Shown: one piece after another, positions 23,226-36,339 of the stretch | How positions within the stretch are numbered: position 1 is the stretch's first letter | Layout of the letters: each line of letters starts with the position of its first letter | DNA from: Camelus ferus | Taxonomy: Eukaryota | Assembly: GCF_009834535.1 (NCBI RefSeq) | Contig: NC_045696.1 | Location: 97,218,001-97,282,000 of the forward strand | DNA length: 64,000 nt | Direction: 5' to 3' | The notes under the pieces: model-generated | Database searches by the model: none | Told to the model about the DNA's origin: nothing | The model's input: only the letters and a program-made list of their open reading frames with translations | Position numbers and translations under genes: made by a program

Positions 23226-24224
23226 CATAGACTATAGATTGAATGCTATGTTTCTCTTTCTGTGATGGCAACACTGGGGTCAAATATAACTCTTGCAGAC
23301 TGCCTGGTTTTGATTGTTTGTCGGTGTGTTGATCTTTAGGAAAGAGTTACCCATAAAGCCAACTGGGCCCCAAGATGTGGGATGCTTTACTCCCCTTATC
23401 TCAAGGCAGCCTTTGAATTCATCGTGACCAAAAGATGAACTGATCACAGATTGTTTTGGGTTCCTGGCTGTGTTTTTGGCAAACCACTAGCAGCTCACAG
23501 ACAGTCCCAGGAACCTAGTTTTAAATTATTTTTAATTTTAATTGCTCTGTTCTGTGTCTTCTTGACAGTTTTTCAAACAATGGAGAGCCTGTAACAAGAC
23601 ACACAGCTGGGTTTAGGAAAACTTTAAGACACTTTCTATTCCGTTCAATAGCATTAACTCACATGGAAAATCACCCTGCATGGTCACAGTGAGTGTTGAA
23701 ATGCTCTTTGTCAATCTTCATCATCTGAAACATGAAGACAACTTTCACCATATTCTAGTAGCAGTCTCTTCTCTAGGGTTTTAGCAGGCAGTTTGTCCGC
23801 CGCCAGGGCAAATGTACCTTTCGGAAATGACAAACCACTCACCATCATCACCAGTGCCATCACTAATTTAAAGTCAGGAGAGATCTTGACGACTACATGA
23901 AATTCCAAGCCATCCAGATCAAGATGGTTGGCGCTCATCGTGAGATGCCTCTAGGATAACAGATTTACACCCAAACTATCCTGATCAAATAAGTAACTAA
24001 CTGCCCTACTTTTAAAGGCATCTATTTTCCAAGCCCTTATAACTTCTTTGGTGTACTATTCCAGGACTTAAAAAAACAACAAAAACTCTCCAAGTTCTTC
24101 ATGCCTAACCTAAATCCCTTATGTTGATTTCCAGGTTGCTCCCTCAAACTCTGCTTATGTCGTGAAGAGTAAGCGGTCACTCTCAGTTTTTGTTAGCCTT
24201 TTAAAATAAATACCAGTAACAAGG

Positions 24225-24420
24225 AAAACACTTCGTGCTTACTACTCTAGGTTCTCTACAGATTACTCATTTAATCCTCACAACAATCCCATAAGGTAAA
24301 TTCTGTTATAAACCTCACTTTACAAGGAGGAACACTGAGGCGGAGGGCCAAACTGAGGCAGAGATGGGATTTGAACCCACACCCTCTGACTCCGGGGTCC
24401 ATGCTTTCAGCCACTCTGCC
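24225..24420 (-). mobile_element. MIR
   Basis: 'ctcatttaatcctcacaacaatcccataaggta...gggatttgaacccac'. Confidence 0.85.
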
Positions 24421-24910
24421 ATTTCGCCTGGGTTGCTATTCACAAGTCTACCTCTTTTTTGGTTTAAGTGATTTATGAAACCAGAAACGTTTTTCTTTTT
24501 CCTCACATTACTCACTGAATAATTGTAATCATTTCCTTCTTCCTGAAAATGGAAGGCCACGATGTGCTTTGTCTCAAAACTTTCAGAGAGGGAGTTTGAT
24601 TTACTGATGCTTTGTCGTTAATAGAGAAGCCGAAGCCTTGCTGGGCCAAACTAAGCCCATGGGTCTCCCACCACTTAATTGTTTCAAAAAGCCCGATCAA
24701 GTGCTCGCTGGAGCTACAGCAGGATCTCTGCCCGTCCGCTGGGAAAGCACAGAAGGCCACAAGATTAAATGCATAGTTGAGGCTGGCAAAGTGGATTGGA
24801 GAACCCAGGAGACGTGTTGTTCAGGTTTATACAAAAGCTTTAGAGGCAATCTGGCTTTTTCTCTTCGTTAAAATAACTGTTCTAGGCAGAGAGGTGGTGA
24901 CTTAATAGCT

Positions 24911-24950
24911 CTGTCTGTCTGTCTGTCTATCCGTCCATCCATCCATCCAC
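24911..24950. repeat. Compound (CTGT)n/(CCAT)n microsatellite
   Basis: Directly visible. Confidence 0.9.
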
Positions 24951-25861
24951 ATGTATACACCTCACACACACAATTCTTTTTTTGTTTTCCTTATCACAAC
25001 CACTGTGATAATTTTGTTATTCTCTCGAGTCTCCATCATAGATAAGAAGAAAAAAAAGAGTCCACTCTCCTAATTGTCTACTTTTCCAGAAAACTTCCAA
25101 ACCAGAAACATAGAGAATGCATATAATTTAAATATATTAAAATTATTATACCCAATATCTACCTATCATCTGTCTATTTTTCTGTCTATCATCTATATAT
25201 AATGGATATGTGTTTCAGACCAAAAACTTAGTGGCATAAAAATAGATAACTTCGTTTAGTTTCCAAATAACCAAACTTAGTGTGTCTTATGTGGAAACAA
25301 TCTCGGTCAAAAGTGATTTCTTCCTCCCTTCTAAGTTGCTGAGGGAGAGCTGTGGGCCAGGCATTGGGTGGGATGGGGCATCTGGTCTGAGTCATTACCC
25401 ATCCAACAGTGGATATCCACCCAGTGAATGAAATGTCCCCTTTTCCTGCCTGGTGTCCCACTGTCCCCGCAGGGAGGCTGCAAGGCTCCCGGAATTGGGC
25501 TCTGTCAGAGACCATTCTGGGGCTCCCAAGCTGCCCAGTGAGCATACAGATATTTCAGGGCACCCCACTTCTGGCCACTTCCCCAGCCTTCGAGTGGGTT
25601 GGAAGGGCAAGGGAGTACAGATGCTCTCTGAGCCTGTGACCTCAAGTATATGTATTTAATAGATAAGAAATATACTTATACACATGGAGATGACTCATCC
25701 ATGTGGTTTTAGTCTATGGATGACTGCTTTAGGGAAAAATTCACGCATAGATGAATATTTCTTTTCAGTTCTTAAATATTGAAGTCATAAGCATTTTTGA
25801 TTTATGTTTTGAATTTAGGGTTTGTAGAATGTTGGAAGAAATGGACAACCAGAAGAGAATT

Positions 25862-25897
25862 GATAGATAGGTAGATAGATAGATAGATAGGTAGATA
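25862..25897. repeat. (GATA)n microsatellite
   Basis: Directly visible, with GGTA interruptions. Confidence 0.9.
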
Positions 25898-26693
25898 ATG
25901 AATAGATGAATTTCTCATCACCAATTGCAGAAGCAAAAATTTCTGACTGAAGCATGCTATAATAATCAATGTATATAACCCCAATCATGTCATTTAGCTT
26001 AACAATCTCATTTTTATCATTAAGAGTTTAAAAAGTGCTCAAATACATGGCAAATATAAGGTCACAAATTTCAAATGAGGAAGTTGATTGTGCTTGAAGT
26101 TGAAAACATTGGCTTATTCACGAATAAGACATTTTAGAACACTACTCAGACATAAAGAATTCCTAGTCCTTGCACCAGATGCCACAATTCAGTATGTTTT
26201 TCTTGGTATGAAATTGCCTTCAAGCTCGACTCAGACACACTGAGCAAAAAGTCAGATTAGATAAGATCTTTCTACACAAACTGTATGTGAAAGGAGTTGT
26301 TGAAAAAGAAGCAGATGAGTCTTTGATTGGATTGGTCACATCTTTAACTTGTTGCCACTAGTCTACGACAAGAATTTAATTTTTATTTCTCCCTAAACAT
26401 GCAAAGAGAAATATATTCCTCCCGTAGGTAAGGAGAGTCAACGTGGCAGTTTTTGGTTACCTGTGTGGAGGAGACAGCACTTTAGAGAAAAGAGATCCCC
26501 ATTTTTCTGACTAGCCTGAACCCTGAAGGGACACTATTCCTCTTCCAGACTGTTGGACAGGAGCGGGTTTTTGTCCCTGGATGTGTAAATATATTGTCAC
26601 TGTGACCTAAGTGATAAGATTCAGGGAAAACATTCTCAAGGATTACCTGGGACGGACAGTAGGCGGAATCCTAGGGGAAGTGGCCTGAGGTAA

Positions 26694-26788
26694 GGGTTGC
26701 CAAATTTAGCAAGTAAAAATACAGGATGCCCAGGTAAATTTAAAGTTCAGATAAATAGTGTAAGTCTCAAATATTGTACGGGACATCC
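26694..26788 (+). mobile_element. MER53-like hAT MITE, partial
   Basis: 'agggttgccaaatttagcaagtaaaaatacaggatgcccaggtaaatttaaagttcagataaa'. Confidence 0.8.
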
Positions 26789-27335
26789 CTTCCCATACAA
26801 AATGGGAAAAGGCCCCTGGGTGAGTGCTCAGTGGGAATACAGGATCAGCAACCAAGAGTAAACAAGTGATCACTGGGGCCATCCCAGTCTCAGAAAGTAG
26901 CTTAGAACCAAATACCACCGAATTCCCCCTCAGGGGGCCCTAAAAATGCAACTGCTAAACTAAAGCAGTAATGCTAACATGATCCTACCTTAGAATCAGC
27001 CTGAGCAGCTTGGCACAGCATCCAAGCAAGACCAAAGAGGGACAGAAAAGGAACAAGGGGCCTGTGTACCCAGGTTGCTGTGTCTGTCGTGACAATCTGT
27101 GGCTTGTCTTTGAGTTCTCTTAGGACACAAAATCTGTGCTCAAGCAGCTCATCTGCTTCTGTGCTTTTGTGTTTTCCTGTTCTGGTCTTCTTGTTCTTTG
27201 GCCTTATTTCTCAGTCAAGTTTCTTTTTGAAAATCCTAGCTTTTGTCTCTGAATCGTTAACATCTAGGTCTTCAGTCTTAATCACACTCACCAGTCCATC
27301 CTCTTTGGGGCAACTGGAGGGCTCTCTCTCTCTCT

Positions 27336-27655
27336 TTAAATTTACTTTATTGAGGTATATTCTACATGTAACTTCACCAATCTTATGTGTACAGTTCTGT
27401 GTGTTTTGATAAATATAAACAGTTATATTACCACCACCACAGTCAAGATTATTGGACATTTCCATCACACCAGAAAGTTCCCTCGGAACACCTGGACCCT
27501 GGCAACCACTAATCTGCTTTCTGTCTCTACGGTTCTGCTTTGTCTTTTAAATTGTTTATTTCATATAATTGGAATCACATTGTATGTACTCTCTGTGTCC
27601 AGCTTTTTTCACTTAGCATAATGCTTTTGAGGTCCATCTATGCTGTAGTATCAGT
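27336..27655 (-). mobile_element. Old L1 3' end (L1MB/MC-like)
   Basis: 'actttattgaggtatat...ccctggcaaccactaatctgctttctgtctcta...ttttcacttagcataatgcttttgag'. Confidence 0.85.
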
Positions 27656-27659
27656 TGTT

Positions 27660-29520
27660 AATTACTTTATGCAGATCTTCCTTATATTTTGTTAGATTTA
27701 TGACTGTTTCATGATTTTAGATGCTAATGCAAATGTTAATTTTTATTTCAATTTCTATTTATTGATAGCATATAGAAACTTGTTTTTCATATTGACATAT
27801 TTGCAAAGTTACTAACTTACTAGTTTGAGCAGCTTTTTTATAGATTCTTTGATATTTTTAATGTAGACAATCATAATATCTATGAATAAACACAGTTTTA
27901 TTTTCTCTGTCCAATCTGTTTGCATGTTATTTCTTTTCCTTGCCTTATTCTAGCTGGGATCTCTAGTACAACATAAAATAGAAGTAGCGTGGACTCCTTT
28001 GCTTTGTTACTGATCTTAGGAGGAAAATATCCAATCTTTCACCATTAAGTATGATGGTAGCTGTAGATATGTGCTAGTTGTAGTGAATGCCACATGTGCA
28101 CTTGGCAAAAATATGTATTCTGCTATTAGGTCAAATGTTCTAGAAATGTCAGTTAAGTCAAAAGGGCAAAGATGCCTTTTATCAAATTGAGGACTTTCCC
28201 TTCTAATTCTAGTTTGCTAAGAGTTTGTATTATAAATCTAAATTGATTTTTGTCAAATGCTTTTGCTATGCCTGTTGAAATGATCTTGTGCTTTTTCTTT
28301 CCTAGTCTTTTGATGTGGTGAGTTATATTGATTAATTTCCAAATGTTGAACCGCCTTGCATTTCTATGATAAACCCTACTTGGTTATGATATATTATCTT
28401 TCTATTATCACTGGATTCCATTTGCTAGCTTTTGTTGAAAATGTCTGTATCTAGGAAAATTGTTCTGTAGTTTTTCCTTTCTTATAATTTCTTTCTCTGA
28501 TTTTGGTGTCAGGGTAATACTGGCTTTACAAAATGAGTTGTGAAGTGTCCCTTACTCTTCTATTTTATGGAACACATTGTGTAGAATTGGTCATATTTCT
28601 TCCTTTAAGGTCTGGTAGAATTAAGGGTAGCCATCTGGGACTGGAGCATTCTTTGTTGAATGGTTGTAACCATGAATTCAATTTCTTTAATAGTTAATAG
28701 GGCTATCTAAATTATCTGTTTCATATTGGATGACTTGTAGCAGTTTGTGCTTTTCAAGAAATTGGTTTATTTCATCTAAGGTGTCAAATTTATGTGTGTA
28801 GAATTGTTCATAGCATTCCCTCATGGATCCTTGTGATGTCTGCAGGATCTGTAGTGGTATCTCCTGTTTCATTCTTGATGTTGATGATTTTTTTTTCTCT
28901 TTTTTTCTTTGTCAATTTTGCTGGAGGTTTGTCAATATTATTGCTTTTTTCCAAAAAAACTGATTTTTTGTTTCAATGATTTTCTGTATTGTTTTTTCAT
29001 TTTAAATTTCATTGATTTTTGCTCTTCTCATATTTTTTACTTTCTGCTTGCTTTGAGTTTAATTTATTCTTATTTTCCTAGTTTCTTAAGCTGAAAGCTT
29101 AAAGCCATTTCTTCTTTGCTAATATATATCTAATTCTATAAATTTCCCTCTAAGCACTATTTTAGCCAATATGCTGTGTTTTCATTTTCAATCCATTAAA
29201 ACTATTTTGTAATTTACCTTGTAACTTCCTCTTTGACTGGTGGGTTGTTTAGCACTGTGCTGTTGAATTTCCAAATATTTAAGAATTTTCCAGATAGCTT
29301 TTTGTTATTGAGTTTTAGTTGAATTCAGTTATGGACAGAGAATATACTTTGAATGATTTTAATACTTTTTAATTTGTTAAGGTTTGCTTTATGGCCCAGG
29401 ATTTTGTCTATATTAGTGAATGTTTCGTGTATACCTGACAAGAATGTGTATTCTGCTGTTATATCAAATGTTCTATAAATATCAATTAGGTAAATTTTGT
29501 TGATAGTGTTCTGAGGCCTT
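27660..29520 (-). mobile_element. Old L1 ORF2 body (degraded, internally deleted)
   Basis: Minus-strand peptide 'RECYEQFYTHKFDTLDEINQFLEKHKL' is L1 ORF2-like; T-rich antisense L1 texture. Confidence 0.9.
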
Positions 29521-29544
29521 TTATATTCTATTTTAGAATTTTAT

Positions 29545-29937
29545 TTATTTTATTTTTAATTGAAATATAATTTAATGCCATAAAATTCACCCTTTTAATG
29601 TCTTTAATTCAGCAGTTATTAATATATTCACAAAGTTGTACCACAATCATCACTATCTAATTCTAGAACATTTTAATCACCCCAAAAGAAATCTCATACC
29701 TTTAATAGTGTTATTTCCCATTTGCCCTACCCCCAACCCCTGACAACCACTAATCTACCTTCTGCCTGTATCACTTTGCCTATTCTGGACATTTTGTGTA
29801 AGTGGAATCATTCAATATGTGGCCTTTTGTGTTTAGCTCCTTTCACTTAGCATGATGTTTTCAAGGTTTATTCATATTATAGCAAGTATCAGAACTGCTT
29901 TCTCATTTATTACCAAATAATATTCCATTGTATGAGA
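29545..29937 (-). mobile_element. L1MB-like 3' end
   Basis: 'cataaaattcacccttttaa...cccctgacaaccactaatctaccttctg...gatgttttcaaggtttattcat'. Confidence 0.88.
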
Positions 29938-29939
29938 TA

Positions 29940-30323
29940 CAGTCAATCCTCATTATTCACAGATTCCACACCTACTAATTCACTTACTCACTAAAATGTA
30001 TTTGTAACCCCAAAATCAATACTCACCGTGCTTTTGTGGTTATTTGCAGACACGTACAGAGTAACAAAAAATTGTAAGCACCCTATGCACATGTTCCCAG
30101 CTGAGGTGGAGCAAGGCGATGTTCAGGGTTCTTGTTTCAGCTCTCACATTAAAAACAAGTGTGTTTTTCACAGTCTATTTACTGCCGTGTTTTTTTTGCT
30201 TTTTTGCTTTTTGTTGATGATTTTGCTGTTTAAAATGGTGCCACCCCCACTCCTAGCAACAGTGCTACGGTCCTCTCTATTGTGCCTAAGCACAAGAAGG
30301 CCATGATGTGCCTTACAGAGAAA
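29940..30323 (+). mobile_element. TcMar-Tigger element (MER6-like), left part
   Basis: TA then 'cagtcaatcctcattattcacagattcc...tgttcccagctgaggtggagcaaggcga...cctaagcacaagaaggccatgatgtgccttacagagaaa'. Confidence 0.85.
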
Positions 30324-30687
30324 GGACCCAACCAGTTGTGTCCCCTCAACATTCATATATTGAAACCCTAAACCCCAATGTGACTGTATTTGAAGATAGA
30401 GTTTTAGAGGGTAATTAAGGTTAAATGAGGTCATAAGGGTGGGTCCTAATCTAATAGGTGGTTTTCTAAGAAGTTCCCCACATGCACAAACCAAGGAAAA
30501 GCTGTGTGTACAAACAGTGAGAAGATGGCCACCTGAAAGCCAGGAAGAGAGCCCGCATCAGATTCTGACCATTCTGGCACGCTGATCTCAGACTTTCAGC
30601 CTCCAGAACAATGAGAAAATTACTCTCTGCTATTTAAGCCACCCAGTCTATGGTATTTTTTTATGGCTGCCCAAGCTGACTAAGACA
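30324..30687 (+). mobile_element. MaLR LTR (MLT1A-like)
   Basis: 'ccccaatgtgactgtatttgaagatag...aaggttaaatgaggtcataagggtgggtcctaatc...tttaagccacccagtctatggtatttt...gctgactaagaca'. Confidence 0.92.
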
Positions 30688-31714
30688 CTCTCTGAGAACC
30701 AAGTAGGTTCAGGAGGGGGTCCCATAGGAAAGAAGTCATCTTCTGCTTCTGGGTGAGTCTTGGGGCTGACAGAGTCATTTAAGTCACAATCAGAGAAGGA
30801 GAGGGACTCTTTGGGCTGGTTGCTTTTTGCTAAGACTGTTGACTTGCCAGGGAGGCACACTTATGGGTCTAATCTTTTTGACTTCTACCTTGGGTTCTGG
30901 GAGAGATCTAGGGCGTCCTTGGGTAACTGGGAGGATAGTGTCTAAGGCAAGATACCAACCTTTGTTGAGGGTTACTATGTGAGGTGTTCATCTCATGTAA
31001 TCTTAACAGCAATCCTCACTTTGCAGATAATGAAACTGATGAAGCTGGGTACGGTGACATGCCTGCCTTCAAGCTGGGGCTCTGTCAGAAAATTAGATTC
31101 TCAGCTTTTACAGTGAACGCTCAAGTCCGGTTGGAAGCTTGACCCCTGTGTAAGGCAGCCACGTGTGTGACGTACCCTGTACGTGTCATAGTAAATTATA
31201 AACAGAATGATTTCCTTTGGAGATTTTAATGTACTGTCACAGTATAATTTTCCAAAAGTGAAAAACATAACTCTTGTACAAATATAAGATGAACACATGT
31301 CCAAGCTTTTATTCAAATCCTTAATGAGGAAACCAGTAAGACAGTAAACCTGGTGAAAGAGCATTGGAGGAACTGAGTAGTCACAAGCAATGAAAAAATA
31401 AGAGATTGCTAGATTAGATATAAAACTGGTCATAAAACCTTATCTTTTCTACCAGGCATCTCCACTAGGCCTAAAAAAAAAAAACTGCATGTTAACACGC
31501 AATTTCACAAAACCTAGGACCTTTAAACATTAGCAAAAACGGAGTCAGATGAAGACAGGTTCCCCTAGATAATTAAGTATTCATTGGTTGTGTTTGTAAA
31601 GTAACACCTCAGTGTGACATTGAACGGCCGTTTGTTCTCTCAGTCTTATTTCCAAGTTGAGGTGATTATTTTTCTTAATAATACCCTACGAAACCTGTTG
31701 CAATTGGCCTCTGA

Positions 31715-31930
31715 TAGAGGGTGGGTCCAGGTTTTATGAGACCTTTAGGTCATGTAATATTGAGGTTCCTCTTTTTCAAAAAAAAGAATGCAAAAATAGT
31801 TTCCTTTTGTAAATCTTACAAAAATATATGAACATGTGGTTTATACCGTTCCAGGGCCTTGGAAGGGGCCATGCACCAAAGGGTCCTGAGGTTTAAGCTG
31901 CATTAGCTTCGTGGCTGATTGCCTCTACCT
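31715..31930. mobile_element. Old hAT-like non-autonomous DNA transposon
   Basis: 'gggtccaggttttatgagacc...cagggccttggaaggggcc...ttaagctgcattagcttcgtgg...gcctct'. Confidence 0.55.
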
Positions 31931-31989
31931 TTGACCACAGCATTATCTTAGTATAAAAACGAAAAAGAAGCTAGTGGAAAAGAATTTCT

Positions 31990-32155
31990 TTTTCTATTTT
32001 TTTTTTTTTTTTAACATTTTTAAAAATTGAAGGAGAGTTGATTTACAATGTGTTAGTTTCTGGTGTATAGCATAGTGACTCAGTTATATATTCTTTTTCA
32101 TATTCTTTTTCATTAAGGTTACTTACTACAAGCCATTGAATATAGTTCCCTGTAC
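31990..32155 (-). mobile_element. Younger L1 extreme 3' end
   Basis: Poly(T) then 'gttgatttacaatgtgttagtttctggtgtatagcatagtgactcagtta...gaatatagttccctgt'. Confidence 0.9.
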
Positions 32156-32964
32156 TTTACCTTCATACACTAAATATTAAATATTCTGTAATTACACACC
32201 TTTAACTCTGAATTAAATTGTGTATCACTAACCTAAATACCTATGATTTTTTTCAAGTGACCTAATACTGTGTATCATGTTAGGATCATTTAGTTCATGG
32301 TTCCACGTTAATAACATAGGCAGTTGAGCTCTGCAAACTATCTTTAAACTCTTATGCCAGGAAACATGTGCAGGCATTGAATGTTCACTGGCCTCAAAGA
32401 CAGGAAGGGCTACTGTGAATAAAAGGACTCATTTGTGTTTAGTCCACATGTGACAGATAACTTTTTCAATGAATGCATGTTCTTACCAGACTCTTTCTTA
32501 TCCCCATTGACTAAAGAGGCTTCTGCCTTCACTAGCTCAGCTACTTCCCAGCTCCAAGGTCTGCCTTTACCAAACTGGTTCCACCACCTTTTGATGGAGA
32601 CTCAGGGTGGGAGAGGGAGGGTAAGAAAGAGAAAAGGGAGATGAGAGGAGAGTATAACAGTGCAAGTACAAATGTACCGAGCTCTTCCTACGTGCCACGC
32701 ACCAGTCTAAGAGTTCTGTGCAGAGTAACCTACCTGAGGCAGGCATTACTAGTATTCTTATACCACAAAAGAGGAAACAAAATGATTAAATAGATTTCCC
32801 AGGGAAAACCAAACCGACATGCTTTCATCCCAGAGAAAAGTCACATTCAAAGAAACACAAAAGACTTTATGTCTGTTCTGTAGGTCCTTTGAAAAACTTA
32901 GACTCTAAACACAGAGTTTGTATCTACTTTTATTAAAATCCATCGGTCCTTCCTACTCTCTAAT

Positions 32965-33480
32965 TCCCTGTGCCTTTGGTTTTAAATGACAAAAATCCAA
33001 ACTTTACAAAATTCAGCCTTTCTCAAGCCAGAAAGGTTCTATTGAGGCTCTTGTAATCAGGAGTGTTTCCTTCAGGCGTGGCTGGATCCAGCACTTTTTA
33101 GCAATGCCATCAGGACTGTGAGTGTTTCTCTCTTCACTTCTTCGTGCTGTTTCCTCTGTGTGATAGCTTTGTTCTATAGGCAGTTTTTCCCACACTGCTG
33201 GGGAAATTACCTCTAACAGCTCCAGGCTTACATAATCCCTACAAAGCAATCCTAGAATAAAATAAACACCTTCTCTCTCCCAGCCCCACTACATCATGTC
33301 ACAGGGAAGGCCAGTGCCTTGAAGGATTAAGACCTCTGATTGGTCAGATAGGATCATAGGGTGATGGGAAAGGTCGTGGGAGAACTTAGTCCTTCCAGGA
33401 CCACGTGGAGTGTGAGAGGCATAGTGCCCCAAAGGGAAGGGAGAAAGAATACCAGTCAGGTGAAATCAACCAACATCCAT
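32965..33480 (-). mobile_element. Old MaLR LTR (MLT1K/L-like)
   Basis: 'ccttcaggcgtggctggatccagc...aacagctccaggcttacat...ctctgattggtcag'. Confidence 0.7.
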
Positions 33481-34070
33481 AACATCCTGAAATGCTCTCT
33501 TCTCCCTCCTCTGCTGACCCAGAAACCCCTCCCATTCATGCCATTCAGAAACTACTGTCTCACACCCCAACAGCCCTTCCTCAGTCCACCCAGAGTTCTG
33601 CACATATTGCATATCTGCTTTGCTATTTCCCTCTTCCATGGCCTCCTTCTGATTTTAGAAGACCACGTCAACCATTTACATTTTAATGTGATTTTTTCAC
33701 TAATGCACTGTCTCCCAATAATATTTGGATTTAAAGCCTGAGCAAGCTATTCAAGCCTTTATTCCCAGCTTAAATTAATTTTAGCACAGGCAGACTGGGG
33801 AAGGCCTTCCTTGTAACACACAAAAGTCCAGCCGATGTTCATTTCCCGTTATGCAAGCCATTGTCACACAGAGCCACCAATGTCAAAGCCCTTCCACTGA
33901 CCATGCACCAGGTCATCGAGGTAGGAGAACAGAATCTGACTGCACCCTATGCGCAGAGAATTCCTTCCATAAACAGTCAGAGGGTTTCTTTTAGGCCTGA
34001 GACACGTGGGCAGCCACTTTCCCTCAAAGGGATTTACCAGGACTCAGAATTATCTTACCTTCTCTGGTTA

Positions 34071-34094
34071 CCCAAACCCAAACCCAAACCCAAA
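34071..34094 (-). repeat. (TTTGGG)4 repeat, canonical G-quadruplex motif
   Basis: (CCCAAA)4 on + strand. Confidence 0.85.
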
Positions 34095-36339
34095 TAGTTG
34101 GCCCGACCACATTTCATCCCATGTCACCATATCTGAGCAGCTCTCTTAAATATCCTTGCACAATTCTTTTGTTTTTTAATCCTTCTTCTCTCAGTCTTAG
34201 CAAAAACAGTTTACAGTCCCTCCCTTCTGTCATTTTTGACCACTGAATGCCTCTTCTTTTATCTGCAAAGTAAATTTTTTGGGCGAGGGCTGCCTACAGC
34301 AAGGAAGGAGGGGGGAGTCGTACTGGCAGGTTGAGGAGCAGCATCCCAGATGCTACAAACAGCGGGAGAAAATGGAACACGACATTCCTTTCCCAGCACT
34401 GGGTGGAGGAGGCTATTATTAAATCAACTAAGAATTCACGCCTAGAGCAGCAGCGGTGAGATCTCCACTGCGGGGCCAACCTTTGGTTTTTAAATACATT
34501 CTGCCCACCGGTGGCCCAATGTTTCCTCCAAATTGTTTCTTGTCAACAAATGAGCTCACCCCTCACACCACCCCCTACCCCACTTTCCACCCCAAAGTGT
34601 TGCAAGCTCTACCTCCACCCTGCAAGCAAAACAAAAGTGTGGTTTTTCTAGCAGAGGGAGATGCATTATATAGTCCTTTGTTTCTTCCACATTCTGCTGG
34701 TTGGATTTGCATGGATTCGTGTAGCAAACTTACTCCCCAGGGAAAAGGCTTCGCTAATATAGGAATGCTAAACAATACATGACTCCCCAGAGTTTCTTTT
34801 CTTCATTCTGTTGGTGACGTTGGTCCCTTCAGGCCCATAACCAGTAAGAGCTTGCTGTTTCCGTGCTGCAAAACACTTTATTACAGCATATCGCCCCCTC
34901 TCCTGTCTTCCTGAGGGCAGTTTCTCTGTCAGCCAATACAAGTGTAGCTGGGGTCCCAAGGACAGCTTAAGCTGTGTTTCCAGGAAAATTCAGGCCGTTC
35001 TGGAGACCTCTGGAACACTGTGCACCAGTAAGAGAAACCCATCTGTAGGTCTGTTTGCCTGAGGGTCCAAGAAGCAAACAGGAGGGGACTCCTAAAAGGA
35101 GGAGTGTTGGTGTGTGCACGCTTGTGGGTGATGGGGAGGGTGTGATTTTGAGTAGAGTGGAGGGCGCAGGGCTCATATAGCCCTCCGAGTTGGGCTTCCT
35201 GCTGCCCCCCCACTCCTAGCTCTCCCCTGGACCTCCTCTCCCCAGGTCTCTGGCTAGAGCTGGGGAGGCTGAAGTACAAAAATAAAGGAGAGTTTGTGTG
35301 GTCGGGTCACTCAGGATGGCTGTTCTGCTCTCTGTACGGCCCCTGCTCGACCAGGCCCCACTTCACTCACACGACTATCCAGTCCTCTTAATTACAAGGC
35401 TTAACTATCCCTGCTAACTAATGTGCCCACCTGACATCAATTCCCTTATAAATGGTAGCCGCCTCCCCTGAGTAGGAAGACTGCCACCGTGGTCTGCCTG
35501 CTGTCTGCTGCACAAGGTAGGGTTTCGCTCCAGGGCCCTTTGTGTAAGATCCCCACCTCCTCGTCCAATAGACCATTGACATCTCTGTCCCTGTCTCTGG
35601 GCTTTTCCTTCTGTCTCAAGGCTGAGCAACTACAAGACTTGCAGGCCCGCAGGGTGCAGGGCAAGAGAGGTGTTTCACTAAAGCCTCTGGAAGGCTTTGG
35701 GAGCAGAAAAGTGTATTCCCTTGTGGTCCACAGTACAAAGTGTAATACAAATTGACGACAGTGTATCTTCCCCACTTCACAGGGGGCAACCGGGGAGCCC
35801 CACATTGCCATCCAGAGCAGCAGAGAGCCAAGGCCACCGGCATAGCCCAGTGCTACCTGGAGGGAGAAGGCTAGGAGGGTGTCACAGGGAACACGTGTGA
35901 AGCCATGGAGACAAGTCATGATCACACCTCACTGAGGATGCCATGATCCTGTACTATTTGGGAGTAATTCAGTGGGGAGTAGGGGAAGGGAAGGATGTGT
36001 CTCTACAGTTCCTGTAATTCTGTGATTAGAAGGCTGAGTAGATAGAAAATAACTATTACTAATTCTGTGACCCTGTTTTCCCCCACTTTGGTATGAGGAG
36101 ATATGAGATTCACAGTTACAGCAGAAATGCATGTGTTCGATCGTTTGTACTTTTTCCCCACCCAAAGATAATTTTGACTCCAAGTTACTTCATTTTCTGG
36201 TTCCTAAATGAACTGACATTTGGAATTGGTCTGGTTTTTCATTGGTCCTGTAACGTACATCATTTCCAAGAGGCACCTAGAGGTGTGGAAAGTCAAGGTA
36301 GGTTTGGAGATTACGATATTGATTTTCAAATATTAACAG

